This document shows positions 1-12,444 of a DNA stretch of 64,000 nucleotides, one piece after another. Made by a program: the position numbers and the translations under genes. The notes below the pieces were generated by a model. That model did not search any database. It was given only the letters and a program-made list of their open reading frames with translations, and was not told the origin of the DNA. Source of the stretch: Flavobacteriales bacterium (lineage in GTDB: Bacteria > Bacteroidota > Bacteroidia > Flavobacteriales > UBA7312); assembly GCA_965661505.1 (NCBI GenBank), contig CBFIDX010000003.1:6243-70242 (forward strand), read 5' to 3'. Every line of letters begins with the position of its first letter. Positions within the stretch are counted from its first letter, which is position 1.

Positions 1-93
1 TCCCGCTGCATTAATACGCTCTAGTATAGCTCCGATGTGTCCGTTTTCAACGGCTTCGGGCTTTATCATTGTAAAAGTTCTGTTTGTAGCCAT
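1..93 (-). CDS. ndk: nucleoside-diphosphate kinase, first 31 codons only (gene runs off the left edge)
   Basis: Reverse complement of 1..93 translates to [31 protein letters not shown], a canonical NDK N-terminus. It is truncated by the window edge and so is absent from the ORF track. Confidence 0.8.
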   Translation of the reverse strand, partial: MATNRTFTMIKPEAVENGHIGAILERINAAG

Positions 94-174
94 TGGCATA
101 TAATTTTTTGCTTGTTTAAAATACGTTGGCAAATTTATAAAATTACATTCATTCGGTTGGCCCACTTTTATTCT

Positions 175-182
175 TATTTTTG
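175..182 (+). promoter_or_regulatory. candidate Bacteroidota -7 promoter box (TATTTTTG) for the DHH phosphoesterase gene
   Basis: Exact match to TAnnTTTG, 8 nt upstream of the ATG at 191. Confidence 0.35.
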
Positions 183-190
183 CCTTCTTT

Positions 191-1210
191 ATGCGCACAG
201 TAGAATTAAGTAAACTCAAAAGTATTTTAGCCGTTCCTAAAAGGATAGTGATTACAACCCACAAAGGCCCAGATGGAGATGCCATGGGTTCTTCATTGGC
301 CTTGTATAATTATTTACTTTCTAAAGGACATCAGGTTTGGGTTGTTACGCCAAATGATTATCCTGTTTTTTTGCATTGGATGAAGGGGAATGAAAACGTT
401 TTGCAATACACGAAAGATACAGCTGTTGCAAAAAAATTGACCTTAGCGGCAGATATCATTTTTTGTTTGGATTTTAATCATTTGAGTAGAATTGACACTT
501 ACGCTCCTGTAGTAGAACAAGCAACTGCTTTAAAAGTACTCATAGACCATCATCAAGAACCTGATAAATTTGATTTTACCCTTTCTGACACATCGGCTTG
601 CTCAACAGCTCAGCTAATTTATGAGTTTCTTGATTTTCTTGACGAAAAAGACGCCATCGACAAAGACATAGCAGAGTGTTTGTATTGTGGAATCATGACC
701 GACACAGGAAACTTTCGCTTTCCATCGGTAAATGCTAAAACGCATGAAATAGTAGCTTTTTTAATTCAAAAAGGAGCAGAGCATGATTTAGTCTATGATA
801 GGGTACACGACAACAACTCTTTAAACCGTCTTAAATTATTGGGCTATTGCCTGAACGAAAAACTGGAGGTTTTGCAAGATTTTGGTGTTGCAGTCATAAG
901 CTTAACCTCTCATGAGCTTGATCGTTTTCATTTTCAAAAGGGCGATACAGAAGGTGTGGTAAACTACGCCTTATCCATTAAAGGAATTTCGGTTGCTGCT
1001 TTTTTTGTTGAGCGGGATGGGCTAGTCAAAATTTCTTTCCGTTCTAAAGGCGATTTTTCGGTAAATCAATTGGCTCGTGATCATTTTAATGGAGGAGGTC
1101 ATATAAATGCTGCAGGAGGTGCGCATGGAACAAATATCAAAGAAGCAATCCAAAAATTTAAATCTATATTACCCCAATATCAAACATTAAAACAATCAAA
1201 AAACAATTAA
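191..1210 (+). CDS. DHH-family phosphoesterase (NrnA-like oligoribonuclease / pAp phosphatase)
   Basis: [14 protein letters not shown] motif (LIDHHQ) and C-terminal DHHA1 GGGH motif ([12 protein letters not shown]). Confidence 0.85.
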   Translation: MRTVELSKLKSILAVPKRIVITTHKGPDGDAMGSSLALYNYLLSKGHQVWVVTPNDYPVFLHWMKGNENVLQYTKDTAVAKKLTLAADIIFCLDFNHLSRIDTYAPVVEQATALKVLIDHHQEPDKFDFTLSDTSACSTAQLIYEFLDFLDEKDAIDKDIAECLYCGIMTDTGNFRFPSVNAKTHEIVAFLIQKGAEHDLVYDRVHDNNSLNRLKLLGYCLNEKLEVLQDFGVAVISLTSHELDRFHFQKGDTEGVVNYALSIKGISVAAFFVERDGLVKISFRSKGDFSVNQLARDHFNGGGHINAAGGAHGTNIKEAIQKFKSILPQYQTLKQSKNN

Positions 1211-1212
1211 AA

Positions 1213-1992
1213 ATGAAAGCATTAGTATTGGCCTTAGCCATTTTTTTAGCTGCATGTCAGCAAGAGACAGTCATTACAACCGAGAGTGGCTTGCAATATG
1301 AAATTACCTTAAATGGTAATGGAGCATCTCCACAAGTAGGAGATAAAGTAACGGTACATTACTCGGGTTTCCTTAGTGACAGTGCCAAAACAAAATTTGA
1401 TAGTTCTTTAGATCGAGGAGAGCCATTTAGCTTTAAGCTTGGCAAAGGACAAGTTATTCCAGGCTGGGACGAAGGGATTGCACTTTTAAAAGTAGGGGAT
1501 AAAGCAATCTTGACTATTCCTTCAGAACTGGCATACGGAGCAAATGGTGCAGGTGGAGTGATACCGCCAAATGCAGACCTTATTTTTGAAGTAGAGTTAC
1601 TTTCTTTTGAAACACCAGAGCCAATAGTAGCATTTAATGTTGCAGATAAGGATACACTTACAACAGAAAGTGGTTTAAAATACATTATTGTTGAAGAAGG
1701 AGAAGGTTTGAAACCCTATGCTTCTCAGTTTGTGTCAGTTCATTACACAGGGTATCTAGAAGATGGAAGTATTTTTGATTCTTCTAAAGACAGAGGAGAG
1801 CCCATTGCTTTTCCTGTTGGAACTGGTCGAGTTATTCCAGGTTGGGATGAAGGCATTATGCTATTAAATGTAGGCGGAAAGGCTCGTTTAATTATTCCTT
1901 CACAATTAGCGTATGGTGAGAAAGGAGCAGGAAATATCATCCCTCCAAATGCTACATTAATTTTTGATGTAGAGTTATTAGACGTTAAATAA
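1213..1992 (+). CDS. FKBP-type peptidyl-prolyl cis-trans isomerase, tandem double FKBP domain, probable lipoprotein
   Basis: Signal peptide with LAAC lipobox. Two copies of the FKBP core (V.VHY.G.L..G..FDSS.DRGEP..F..G.G.VIPGWDEG...GGKA.L.IPS.LAYG). Confidence 0.9.
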   Translation: MKALVLALAIFLAACQQETVITTESGLQYEITLNGNGASPQVGDKVTVHYSGFLSDSAKTKFDSSLDRGEPFSFKLGKGQVIPGWDEGIALLKVGDKAILTIPSELAYGANGAGGVIPPNADLIFEVELLSFETPEPIVAFNVADKDTLTTESGLKYIIVEEGEGLKPYASQFVSVHYTGYLEDGSIFDSSKDRGEPIAFPVGTGRVIPGWDEGIMLLNVGGKARLIIPSQLAYGEKGAGNIIPPNATLIFDVELLDVK

Positions 1993-2735
1993 TGGCCTTA
2001 ATCAATGAATTAGAAAAACAAGGGAACTTCCTTTTTAGGTATAGAGGTCAGTTCCCTGTTTTGCTTTTCTTTTTAGCCATTCCTTTTCTTTACTGGACGG
2101 AGCTGGAGTTACTAAATGAATCAACAAGGGCTCGCTTCACTTTTATCGCCATCCTAATTAGCTTTTTGGGTTTTTGTGTTCGTGCTTACACTGTAGGAAC
2201 AACGCCAAAAGGTACGTCAGGACGAAATACTAAAGAACAAAAGGCTTATGTCCTAAATACAACAGGTATTTATGCTACCGTAAGGCATCCGCTGTATGTG
2301 GGGAATTTCCTAATGTGGATGGGCATTGTGCTTTTTACTTACAACCTTTATTTTGTGATCCTAGTAAGCTTGCTATATTGGCTTTATTATGAGAGAATTA
2401 TGTTTGCTGAAGAGCGCTTTTTAGAACGTAAATTTGGAGATGAGTATATAAAATGGGCATCAAGCTTACCGGCTTTTTTTCCTAATCTAAAATCCTATAC
2501 TCCATCTATTGTTCCTTTTTCTTTTAAAACAGTTTTACGCCGCGAGTATTCGGGTTTATTAGCCACTGTTCTTGGTTTTGCTTTTGTAGAATTGATTAGG
2601 AATTATTTTTTTGAAGGAAGTTGGTTCATTGCTAAACCTTTTCAATATGCACTGATGATTGCCATTGTTTTGGCAATATCTTTGCGTAGTTTAAAACACT
2701 ACACCCACTTATTGGCAGAAGAAAATCGCTCCTAA
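1992..2735 (+). CDS. isoprenylcysteine carboxyl methyltransferase (ICMT/PEMT) family membrane protein
   Basis: Multi-TM protein with the RHPLYVGNFLMWMG motif typical of the ICMT/PEMT family. Confidence 0.7.
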   Translation: MALINELEKQGNFLFRYRGQFPVLLFFLAIPFLYWTELELLNESTRARFTFIAILISFLGFCVRAYTVGTTPKGTSGRNTKEQKAYVLNTTGIYATVRHPLYVGNFLMWMGIVLFTYNLYFVILVSLLYWLYYERIMFAEERFLERKFGDEYIKWASSLPAFFPNLKSYTPSIVPFSFKTVLRREYSGLLATVLGFAFVELIRNYFFEGSWFIAKPFQYALMIAIVLAISLRSLKHYTHLLAEENRS

Positions 2736-2777
2736 TTTTTTTTAAAAAAGCCTTATTGTTAACAAACGAAAAGTATT

Positions 2778-2785
2778 TATATTTG
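2778..2785 (+). promoter_or_regulatory. candidate -7 promoter box (TATATTTG) for tRNA-Met
   Basis: Exact TAnnTTTG, 12 nt upstream of tRNA position 1. Confidence 0.45.
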
Positions 2786-2796
2786 CCGACCGCATT

Positions 2797-2870
2797 GGCG
2801 AGGTAGCTCAGTTGGTTAGAGCGTTGGATTCATAACCCAGAGGTCGGGAGTTCAAATCTCCCCCTCGCTA
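2797..2870 (+). tRNA. tRNA with CAT anticodon (elongator Met, or Ile2 if lysidinylated); no encoded CCA
   Basis: Hand-folded cloverleaf: acceptor GGCGAGG/CCTCGCT, D arm GCTC..GAGC, anticodon loop TTCATAA (CAT at 2831..2833), T arm GGGAG-TTCAAAT-CTCCC, discriminator A. Confidence 0.9.
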
Positions 2871-2871
2871 C

Positions 2872-2905
2872 AAAAAAACCTATTCTGTTTAGAATAGGTT
2901 TTTTT
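2872..2905. terminator. bidirectional intrinsic terminator between tRNA-Met (+) and glyA (-)
   Basis: A-run, then 10-bp stem AACCTATTCT / AGAATAGGTT with a GTTT loop, then T-run. Confidence 0.8.
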
Positions 2906-2929
2906 ATGTACTTAACTCTTATTTAATGG

Positions 2930-4204
2930 TTAATAAGCATAGAGTGGGTAGCTGCTCATGAGTGCGTTCACTTTTTGGCGTACACTTCCAATAATTTGTT
3001 CGTTGTCTATGTTCATCAGTACTTCGTCTATAAGCTCCACTATCTGAGGGATGGTGTCTTCTTTGATACCACGTGTGGTAATGGCAGGGGTGCCTAATCG
3101 CATACCAGACGTTATAAAAGGAGATTTATCATCGAAAGGAACCATATTTTTGTTAACAGTGATGTCTGCTAAAACTAAGGTGTTTTCAGCTTCTTTTCCT
3201 GTAATTCCTTTAGAGCGTAAGTCAATTAACATACAATGATTATCCGTACCATCAGAAATGATTTTATAGCCTTTATCAATAAAGCATTGAGCCATTACCT
3301 TAGCGTTTTTAACTACTTGTTTGGTATATTCTTTAAACGATGGGTCTAGCGCTTCACCAAAAGCTACAGCCTTTGCTGCAATTATGTGCTCTAAGGGGCC
3401 TCCTTGTGTTCCTGGAAACACAGCAGAGTCCATCAACGATGACATCATTCTCACTTTGCCCTTTGGTGTTTTTAGTCCAAACGGATTTTCAAAATCTTTT
3501 CCAATCATAATCATTCCGCCTCTTGGTCCTCTTAAGGTTTTATGAGTAGTAGTAGTAATGATGTGGCAGTAATCTACAGGACTATTCAAAACACCCGCTG
3601 CAATTAATCCAGATGGATGAGATACGTCTCCTAACAATAATGCACCTACACTATCGGCTATTTCACGAAATCTTTTATAGTCCCAGTCCCTAGAATAAGC
3701 AGAAGCTCCACAAATAATAAGATTGGGTCGTTCTCTTTCCGCTGTTTCGGCAATGGTTTCGTAATTAACTAGGCCACTTTCTTTTTCTACTGAGTAGAAG
3801 CTAGTTTGATAAAGTTTTCCGGAAAAATTGACGGGAGAACCGTGGGTTAAATGTCCTCCGTGAGCTAGGTTAAAACCTAAAATTTTATCACCTCTACTCA
3901 GAACCGCTAACATAACCGCAGCATTTGCTTGCGAACCAGAGTGAGGTTGTACGTTGGCATACTCTACCCCAAACAATTCTTTTGCTCTATCTATAGCCAA
4001 GCGTTCTACCTGATCCACAACTTCACAGCCGCCGTAGTATCGTCTTCCCGGAAAACCCTCTGCATATTTATTGGTTAATACAGAGCCTGCTGCATTCATA
4101 ACCTGCTGGCTTACAAAGTTTTCAGAAGCAATGAGTTCAATTCCATTGGTCTGTCTTTCTTTTTCATTTTCTATGAGTTGAAATATCCTCTTATCTTTAT
4201 TCAT
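2930..4204 (-). CDS. glyA: serine hydroxymethyltransferase
   Basis: Full-length SHMT with [21 protein letters not shown] and the [17 protein letters not shown]-lysine motif. Confidence 0.97.
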   Translation of the reverse strand: MNKDKRIFQLIENEKERQTNGIELIASENFVSQQVMNAAGSVLTNKYAEGFPGRRYYGGCEVVDQVERLAIDRAKELFGVEYANVQPHSGSQANAAVMLAVLSRGDKILGFNLAHGGHLTHGSPVNFSGKLYQTSFYSVEKESGLVNYETIAETAERERPNLIICGASAYSRDWDYKRFREIADSVGALLLGDVSHPSGLIAAGVLNSPVDYCHIITTTTHKTLRGPRGGMIMIGKDFENPFGLKTPKGKVRMMSSLMDSAVFPGTQGGPLEHIIAAKAVAFGEALDPSFKEYTKQVVKNAKVMAQCFIDKGYKIISDGTDNHCMLIDLRSKGITGKEAENTLVLADITVNKNMVPFDDKSPFITSGMRLGTPAITTRGIKEDTIPQIVELIDEVLMNIDNEQIIGSVRQKVNALMSSYPLYAY

Positions 4205-4230
4205 GATGATAATTTACCTATTTTCGTTGT

Positions 4231-5196
4231 TTGAACAAAGATAAAGTGAGCAATAGAATTACACAATTATTTGGGATAAAATATCCCATCATTCAGGCTG
4301 GTATGATTTGGTGTAGTGGTTGGGAGTTAGCATCAGCTGTTTCTAACGCTGGTGGTTTGGGCATTATTGGTTCTGGCTCTATGTATCCAGAGGTGTTGCA
4401 AGAACATATCCAAAAATGTAAAAAAGCAACTGATAAGCCATTCGCTGTTAATCTGCCTTTATTATACCCTCAAATTGACGATCACATAAAAATAATTATT
4501 GACGAGGGAGTAAAGATTGTTTTTACGTCTGCTGGTAACCCTAAAAAGTGGACACCATTATTGAAAGAAAAAGGCATAAAGGTGGTTCATGTAGTTAGTA
4601 ATGTAAAGTTTGCTTTAAAATGTCTTGAAGCCGGTGTTGACGCCATTGTTGCTGAAGGATTTGAAGCAGGTGGGCATAATGGGAGAGAGGAAACAACAAC
4701 TTTTTGTTTGCTTCCACTAGTACGGAATGCGGTTGATATTCCATTAATTGCAGCTGGTGGAATTGGTTCGGGTAGTTCGATGTTAGCAGCGATGGCTTTA
4801 GGTGCAGAGGGAGTCCAAATAGGCAGTCGTTTTATCGCCACGCCAGAATCATCCGCACACCTAAATTTTAAACACTATTTGCTCGATGCGCAAGAAGGGG
4901 ATACAGAATTAGTTTTAAAAGAGCTAACACCAGTTCGCTTATTAAAAAATAAATTTTACGAAAATGTTCAAGAAGCTTATAAAAAAGGTGCAGACAGAGC
5001 ATTTTTAAAAGAATTGCTTGGAAGAGGTCGTGCTAAAAAAGGGATGTTTGAAGGGGATATGCAAGAGGGTGAATTGGAAGTAGGGCAAGTATCCGCATCG
5101 ATTGATACTATTCTGCCTGCTGCAGACGTTGTAGATGAAATTTGGAACGAATTTTTAATAGCAAAAGCAAAGCTTGAATCTCTATTTAATGAATGA
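4231..5196 (+). CDS. NAD(P)H-dependent flavin oxidoreductase / nitronate monooxygenase family (FabK-like)
   Basis: IKYPIIQAGM, GGLGIIG, EGFEAGGH and AAGGIGSG motifs. The start is uncertain: TTG at 4231 or GTG at 4246. Confidence 0.85.
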   Translation: MNKDKVSNRITQLFGIKYPIIQAGMIWCSGWELASAVSNAGGLGIIGSGSMYPEVLQEHIQKCKKATDKPFAVNLPLLYPQIDDHIKIIIDEGVKIVFTSAGNPKKWTPLLKEKGIKVVHVVSNVKFALKCLEAGVDAIVAEGFEAGGHNGREETTTFCLLPLVRNAVDIPLIAAGGIGSGSSMLAAMALGAEGVQIGSRFIATPESSAHLNFKHYLLDAQEGDTELVLKELTPVRLLKNKFYENVQEAYKKGADRAFLKELLGRGRAKKGMFEGDMQEGELEVGQVSASIDTILPAADVVDEIWNEFLIAKAKLESLFNE

Positions 5197-5233
5197 TAAA
5201 ATTACCAACTTTCTTATGTTTTTATAATTTGTC

Positions 5234-6721
5234 ATGAGGATACTACTATTTTTTCTATTAACAATTCTTTTTGAGTTTGCTTACTCACAAGATCCTGACC
5301 CGCCTACCATCACGCATGTCTCAATAGATTCAATAAGTCAACAGGTACACCTTTATTGGTATAATAACGCTCCGCAAGCCATTGGCTATGTGGTATATGT
5401 TCAGGATGCTTCAGGGTTGTGGATCCCATTAGATACGGTAATGGGAGCGCAAAATTTATCGTACACAACCCAGGCCTCAAACGCTCAGTTCGAAGAAGAA
5501 TCGTATAGTGTTACAGCATTTGATGCGTTAGGAAATAGTAGTAATAGGAGTGAAGCTCACACAACACTTTCTCTTCGTTACAATTACTCATTGTGTGATA
5601 CTTTGTGTCAGTTACAATGGAATTTGTATCCAGTAATGTTAAATCAAATAGGATTTATTTTAAGAGTACACAGTAAAGACTTGCAAGACACAAATATTCA
5701 AACTGAGGATATTCAATTTTCTGTTTTTGATACTACCTATGCTTTTCCTGTTGCTTACAACAAAAAATATACGTTCACAGTACTTGCAAAAAACTCTTTA
5801 GACTCATTATCAAGATCTAACCGGTTTTCAATATCAACAACTCAACTCATTCCACCCGATTACGTTTACATAAATAAAGTAGATGTTACAGAGTCAAATG
5901 ATCTTGAAATTAATATGATAACCAATTCTACATCCGTTTCCTATTTTCAATTGTTTAGGACCCCTTATGAGACTGGTGTTCCAGAATTCATTTCTAATGT
6001 TGAACTTGCTCAAAATAGTTTAAGTGCTAGCTATTTAGACGAAGACCTTTTTCCAGAAGAAAGCACTTACCATTACTCTGCAAATGCAATTGATGAATGT
6101 GGAAATACTTACGCTCTACCATCATTACCAGATACTTCTTATCGTTTTAGCGTACACCAACTTCAACTAAATTCACAAATTCAGAACTCCGAAATAATGT
6201 CCATAAGTTGGGGTTCTTACCCTTTCTTTATAGAAGAAGAAGCATATGGTTTATGGCTAGAAATAAACGGACGTAAAGAATTCATTCGTTCTGTTGAAGC
6301 TCAATCTAACGATGAAATTGACATAAAAAAGTACAGAGGCGTGATATGCGCCTATGTAACCGCATACGAACAACAGATTAATAACTTGGCATTAACCGAC
6401 ACGGTTAACTCAAATAAAGTATGTTTTATCAAAGAGCCAATTGTACATATACCAAATGCTTTCACACCTCAAAATGGAGATGTTAAAAACAACTATTGGC
6501 AAGCTAGTTTTGAAGGCATTGATGTGATTAACGACTTTGATTTAAAAATATACAACTCATGGGGTATATTAGTCGTTCATATGAAAGATGCATCCGATTT
6601 TTGGGACGGTTCCATAAATGGAATTTTGGCACCACAAGGAACATATACCTACCAAATGCTTTATACTTTTGGAAATGGTTTAGTATCAAATAAAAATGGC
6701 ACGCTTCACTTACTCAGATAA
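5234..6721 (+). CDS. secreted cell-surface protein with T9SS type B (gliding-motility-associated, CHU_C-like) C-terminal sorting domain
   Basis: N-terminal signal peptide and an Ig/FN3-like body. The C-terminus reads IPNAFTPQNGDVKNNYW...GTYTYQ...GTLHLLR. Confidence 0.75.
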   Translation: MRILLFFLLTILFEFAYSQDPDPPTITHVSIDSISQQVHLYWYNNAPQAIGYVVYVQDASGLWIPLDTVMGAQNLSYTTQASNAQFEEESYSVTAFDALGNSSNRSEAHTTLSLRYNYSLCDTLCQLQWNLYPVMLNQIGFILRVHSKDLQDTNIQTEDIQFSVFDTTYAFPVAYNKKYTFTVLAKNSLDSLSRSNRFSISTTQLIPPDYVYINKVDVTESNDLEINMITNSTSVSYFQLFRTPYETGVPEFISNVELAQNSLSASYLDEDLFPEESTYHYSANAIDECGNTYALPSLPDTSYRFSVHQLQLNSQIQNSEIMSISWGSYPFFIEEEAYGLWLEINGRKEFIRSVEAQSNDEIDIKKYRGVICAYVTAYEQQINNLALTDTVNSNKVCFIKEPIVHIPNAFTPQNGDVKNNYWQASFEGIDVINDFDLKIYNSWGILVVHMKDASDFWDGSINGILAPQGTYTYQMLYTFGNGLVSNKNGTLHLLR

Positions 6722-6758
6722 AGATGATCTATATTACTATTGTAAGCTTATTATTTCA

Positions 6759-6766
6759 TAAATTTG
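6759..6766 (+). promoter_or_regulatory. candidate -7 promoter box (TAAATTTG) for guaB
   Basis: Exact TAnnTTTG, 35 nt upstream of the ATG at 6802. Confidence 0.4.
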
Positions 6767-6789
6767 CCAAATTTTATTTCTCATCATAA

Positions 6790-8268
<1,479 letters not shown>

Positions 8269-8292
8269 TAAAAATAATAAAAAGCAATAAAA

Positions 8293-10284
8293 ATGAATGG
8301 AATTTTAGCCCTATTGGCACTTGTACTTGTAGCAACTACAACTCAGAAAAAAGAAGATCAAGTTTTAATGGAAGTTGGTAAAGAAGAAGTTACCGTTTCA
8401 GAATTTACAAATGTCTTTAAGAAAAATAACAATTTACAAGAAGCAACTAATCAAGAGTTAGAAGATTACGTTGATCTATTTGTTAAATTTAAAATGAAAG
8501 TACTGGATGCTGAACGTATGCAGTTAGATACCTTATCAAGTTTTAAGAATGAGCTTGCTGGCTATAGAAAACAACTAGCAAGGCCCTATCTTACCGATAA
8601 GCAGGCAGAACAAAAGCTGATTGAAGAGGCATATGACCGAATGACAGAAGAAGTTCGAGCAAGCCATTTGTTACTTTTAGTGGACGAAAAAGCATTACCT
8701 AAAGACACATTAGCAGTGTATCAAAAAATAAATTCACTTAGAAACAAAATTCTAAATGGAGAGGATTTTGAAACAGTTGCTAAAACTCATTCAGAAGACC
8801 CTTCTGCAAAGACCAATGGTGGTGATCTTGGTTATTTTTCTGCTTTTAGAATGGTATATCCTTTCGAAACAGCAGCATTTAATACTCCACTAGGTGAAGT
8901 ATCAAAACCTTTTAGAACACGTTTCGGTTACCATATCGTAAAAGTTACTGACAAAAGAAAATCGAGAGGAGAAGTAAAAGTAGCTCACATCATGATTGAA
9001 CAAGGGGCTAAAGCAACTGATGAAGAGAAACAAGAAGCTACTGATAAACTTTCGCAAATTCTAGACTTCTTTAAAGAAGGGAAATCATTTGATGACTTAG
9101 TTCGATACTCAGACGATAAAGGAACAAGTTCTAAAGGCGGAGAGCTTCCTTGGTTTGGTACAGGTCAAATGGTGCCTGCCTTTGAATCGACCGCTTTTTC
9201 TCTCAAAGAAAAGGGAGAGGTTTCAGAACCCGTACAAACTATTTATGGATGGCACATATTAAAATTAATTGACAAAAAAGCAGTGCCCTCTTTTGAAGAA
9301 GTGAAAGCTGATATTGAACGTAAAATAAAACGCGACAGTAGAGCTAACAAAGGCAAAACTGTTTTGATAAACAGAATTAAGTCAGAAAACAATTTTAGAT
9401 CCAATATGGAGGCATTGACTCCTTTCTATCAAATTGATTTTGAAGCTCAATGGACTGCCGAAAGCATGTCTAATAACAAGCAGATGTTGTTTATTCTTGA
9501 TAATAAAAAATACACTCAGGCAGATTTTGCAATATATATTGAGAAGAATAAAACACCAATCGATCAAACCAAAATAGTTTCAGTAATCAATGAGATGTTT
9601 GATGACTGGGTTGAGAAAACATGCATTCAGCTTGAAGATAGTTTATTAGAAGAAAAATACCCAGAGTTTAAAGCATTAATGAAAGAGTACAGAGATGGAA
9701 TTTTACTTTTTAATCTCATGGATCAAAAAGTATGGGGTAAAGCTGTTGAGGATACAATGGGCTTAAAACAATATTTCCAGTTAACAAAGGAAAATTATCA
9801 ATGGGATAACCGATTAGATGCATCTGTATTCACTTGTTTAAACAAAGAGGTTGCGGAAAGAGTAAGAAGATTAATTTCAACGGATGACAATGTTCGTCTT
9901 TTAAGTAATTCTGAACTTTCGTTAATTACTTTTGGTAAGGGTGAAAACCGTCTTTCTATTGATGATATAATCACTATTGTTAACAATCAAAACCCCTTAA
10001 ATCTTCAAGTAGAATCTGCTAAGTTTTCAAAAGGAGATCATACTCATTTAGATAATGCTATTTGGAAAAAAGGCTTAACAGACAATGAATTAAATGAAGA
10101 GATTGTCACTTTTGCATTTATATACGATGTTCTTGCTCCAATGCCAAAAAGCTTAAAAGAGGCAAAAGGTCAAGTTACTTCAAACTACCAGGATTACCTA
10201 GAAGCAGCATGGATTAAAGAGTTAGAAGAGCGATATCCTGTAACCATCAATTATGATTTGTTAAATTCTATTATCGTCAACTAG
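8293..10284 (+). CDS. parvulin-type peptidyl-prolyl isomerase (PpiC/SurA/PpiD-like), two parvulin domains
   Basis: Signal/anchor sequence. Two rotamase cores: GGDLGYF...FGYHIVKV and GGELPWF...YGWHILKL. Confidence 0.85.
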   Translation: MNGILALLALVLVATTTQKKEDQVLMEVGKEEVTVSEFTNVFKKNNNLQEATNQELEDYVDLFVKFKMKVLDAERMQLDTLSSFKNELAGYRKQLARPYLTDKQAEQKLIEEAYDRMTEEVRASHLLLLVDEKALPKDTLAVYQKINSLRNKILNGEDFETVAKTHSEDPSAKTNGGDLGYFSAFRMVYPFETAAFNTPLGEVSKPFRTRFGYHIVKVTDKRKSRGEVKVAHIMIEQGAKATDEEKQEATDKLSQILDFFKEGKSFDDLVRYSDDKGTSSKGGELPWFGTGQMVPAFESTAFSLKEKGEVSEPVQTIYGWHILKLIDKKAVPSFEEVKADIERKIKRDSRANKGKTVLINRIKSENNFRSNMEALTPFYQIDFEAQWTAESMSNNKQMLFILDNKKYTQADFAIYIEKNKTPIDQTKIVSVINEMFDDWVEKTCIQLEDSLLEEKYPEFKALMKEYRDGILLFNLMDQKVWGKAVEDTMGLKQYFQLTKENYQWDNRLDASVFTCLNKEVAERVRRLISTDDNVRLLSNSELSLITFGKGENRLSIDDIITIVNNQNPLNLQVESAKFSKGDHTHLDNAIWKKGLTDNELNEEIVTFAFIYDVLAPMPKSLKEAKGQVTSNYQDYLEAAWIKELEERYPVTINYDLLNSIIVN

Positions 10285-11130
10285 ATGTTAAGATTGGTCG
10301 GAATTTGTATTTTGTTTGGACTTGTTTCGTGCCATTATAATCAATCGGAAGACGTGCTTTTAGCTCAAGTTAACGAAAAGCAATTGTACCTTTCAGAAAT
10401 AAAATCCATGCTAACCGATTTTGACTCTGAAAAAGATAGCCTATCCTTTGTGAAAAACTGGATAGAGAGCTGGGCGAAAGAGCAATTACTTGTTCAACAG
10501 GCTCAAGAAAACTTAACTTCTGAACTGATAGAAGTTGAACAACAGATGGATGATTATTATAATTCTTTGCTTATTTACCATTATCAGAAGGCAATGGTTG
10601 AACAAAAGATGGATACGAATGTCTATGAGCATCAAATCAAACAATACTACGATGAACATAAAAAAGAGTTTGTTTTAAACGAACCCATCCTACAAATGAT
10701 CTATGTAAAAATAAGTAAGGATGCTCCAAAAATTTCTAAGTTGAAAAAATGGTATCAGTCCTCAAAAGAAGAAGATCGTTTGTTTTTGGAAGAATATTGT
10801 TATCAGTTTGCTCAATCGTTTAACTTAAACGATACATCTTGGGTTTATTTATCTGAAGTTTTAGAGCTGATGCCAAGTGAAACGACGAATAATATCGATC
10901 TCACTTTGAAAAAGAATCGTAACCTTATTTTAAATGATAGTTTGTCAACCTATTTTATACACATAAATAAAGTTAAGCAAAAAGAAGATTTAAGCCCTTT
11001 AATTATAGTGAAGGATCGAGTTAAAAATATAATTTTAAACAAACGAAAGCTCGCTTTTTTGAAAAGTATCAAGGATGATCTTTACAGAAATGCATTAGCA
11101 AAAGGTACTATAAGATATGAAGCAAATTAG
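10285..11130 (+). CDS. hypothetical lipoprotein embedded between two PPIase chaperone genes
   Basis: Signal peptide with LVSC lipobox and no catalytic motif that I recognise. It abuts the upstream gene (start codon directly follows the stop) and overlaps the downstream one. Confidence 0.5.
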   Translation: MLRLVGICILFGLVSCHYNQSEDVLLAQVNEKQLYLSEIKSMLTDFDSEKDSLSFVKNWIESWAKEQLLVQQAQENLTSELIEVEQQMDDYYNSLLIYHYQKAMVEQKMDTNVYEHQIKQYYDEHKKEFVLNEPILQMIYVKISKDAPKISKLKKWYQSSKEEDRLFLEEYCYQFAQSFNLNDTSWVYLSEVLELMPSETTNNIDLTLKKNRNLILNDSLSTYFIHINKVKQKEDLSPLIIVKDRVKNIILNKRKLAFLKSIKDDLYRNALAKGTIRYEAN

Positions 11131-12442
11131 CTTATTAGCAATACTATGCTGTTTTACCAGTATTGTATTAGCACAGAAAAAGATTGACGGAGTTGTGGCT
11201 ATTGTTGGAGAAAAGATTGTGTTGCAATCTGCTGTTGAAAGCCAATTAGAGCAAATAAAAGCACAAGGGTATGAACAAGACGAACAGCTCCTAAAATGTC
11301 AAATTCTGGAGGAACTTTTGTATCAAAAACTATTAGCCAATAGGGCCCAAATTGATAGCTTGAATGTTAGCGATGAGGAGATAAATTCAGCCATTGATCA
11401 ACGAATAGCATATTTTGTTGGTCAAATTGGTTCAGAACAAAAGCTGGAAGAATATTTCGGAAAATCTATAAATGCGCTAAGAGAAGATTTTAAACCCGTG
11501 TTTAAGGAACAGATGATGGCTCAACGGATGGAGTCTCGCATTACCTCAGATGTAAAAATTACTCCGGAAGATGTTAGAAAATTTTATTATTCCATTCCAA
11601 AAGATAGTTTACCATTACTGCCAGCCGAAATGCAAATGTCACAAATTGTACTTTTCCCCAAGGTAAGCAAAGCTGAAAAACAACGTTTAACAGAGAAGCT
11701 ATTAGGCTTTAAAAACCGCGTTGATTCTGGAGAAGATTTTAGTTTATTAGCCACTCTTTATTCCGAAGATCAAGGATCTGCTACAAAAGGAGGAGAGCTT
11801 GGTTTTTTATCTAGAGGAGTGCTCGTTCCAGAGTTTGAAGCTGCAGCATTTCGCCTTCAGGATGGAGAAATTTCTGATGTCGTACAAACAAAATTTGGAT
11901 TCCATTTGATCCAAATGATTTCTAGAAGAGGAGAGCAAATAAATGTCCGACATATATTACTCAAACCGTCATTCTCTACAATTACTATGAATAGGGCAAA
12001 AACAAAATTAGATAGTATTACGAACCTTATTCGAATAGATAGTTTGTCTTTCGAAGAAGCAGCCTATCAGTTTTCGCAAGACGATTCTAAAAATAACGGA
12101 GGTTTACTAATAAACCCACAAACAGGTACTTCTAGTTTTGCAATAGAAGAAATTGAACCTTCAATTTATTTTGCATTAGAAAAAATGGAAAAAAATCAAA
12201 TTTCAGAACCACTTGTTTTTACCTCTATTGATCAAAGAAAGGGATATCGAATTTTGTTTTTGAACGAAAGAACAGTTTCGCACAGAGCAAATTTAAAAGA
12301 TGATTATGATCGGATAAGATTAGTTGCTGAACAAGAATTAAAAAATAAAACTTCCAAAGAATGGGTAAATAATACCATAAACGAAACCTACATTCTTATA
12401 AAAGAAGATTATCAATGCACATTTAAAAATAATTGGAAATAA
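11117..12442 (+). CDS. SurA-like periplasmic chaperone / peptidyl-prolyl isomerase
   Basis: Signal peptide, SurA_N-like helical region, parvulin core GGELGFL...FGFHLIQM and a second degenerate parvulin domain. Confidence 0.8.
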   Translation: MKQISLLAILCCFTSIVLAQKKIDGVVAIVGEKIVLQSAVESQLEQIKAQGYEQDEQLLKCQILEELLYQKLLANRAQIDSLNVSDEEINSAIDQRIAYFVGQIGSEQKLEEYFGKSINALREDFKPVFKEQMMAQRMESRITSDVKITPEDVRKFYYSIPKDSLPLLPAEMQMSQIVLFPKVSKAEKQRLTEKLLGFKNRVDSGEDFSLLATLYSEDQGSATKGGELGFLSRGVLVPEFEAAAFRLQDGEISDVVQTKFGFHLIQMISRRGEQINVRHILLKPSFSTITMNRAKTKLDSITNLIRIDSLSFEEAAYQFSQDDSKNNGGLLINPQTGTSSFAIEEIEPSIYFALEKMEKNQISEPLVFTSIDQRKGYRILFLNERTVSHRANLKDDYDRIRLVAEQELKNKTSKEWVNNTINETYILIKEDYQCTFKNNWK

Positions 12443-12444
12443 TT

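Noticed and set aside
1359-1940. Two similar antisense ORFs (108 aa and 65 aa) that looked like a paralog pair
   Set aside because: Their similarity only mirrors the tandem FKBP domain duplication on the coding strand. They are shadow frames of that gene.
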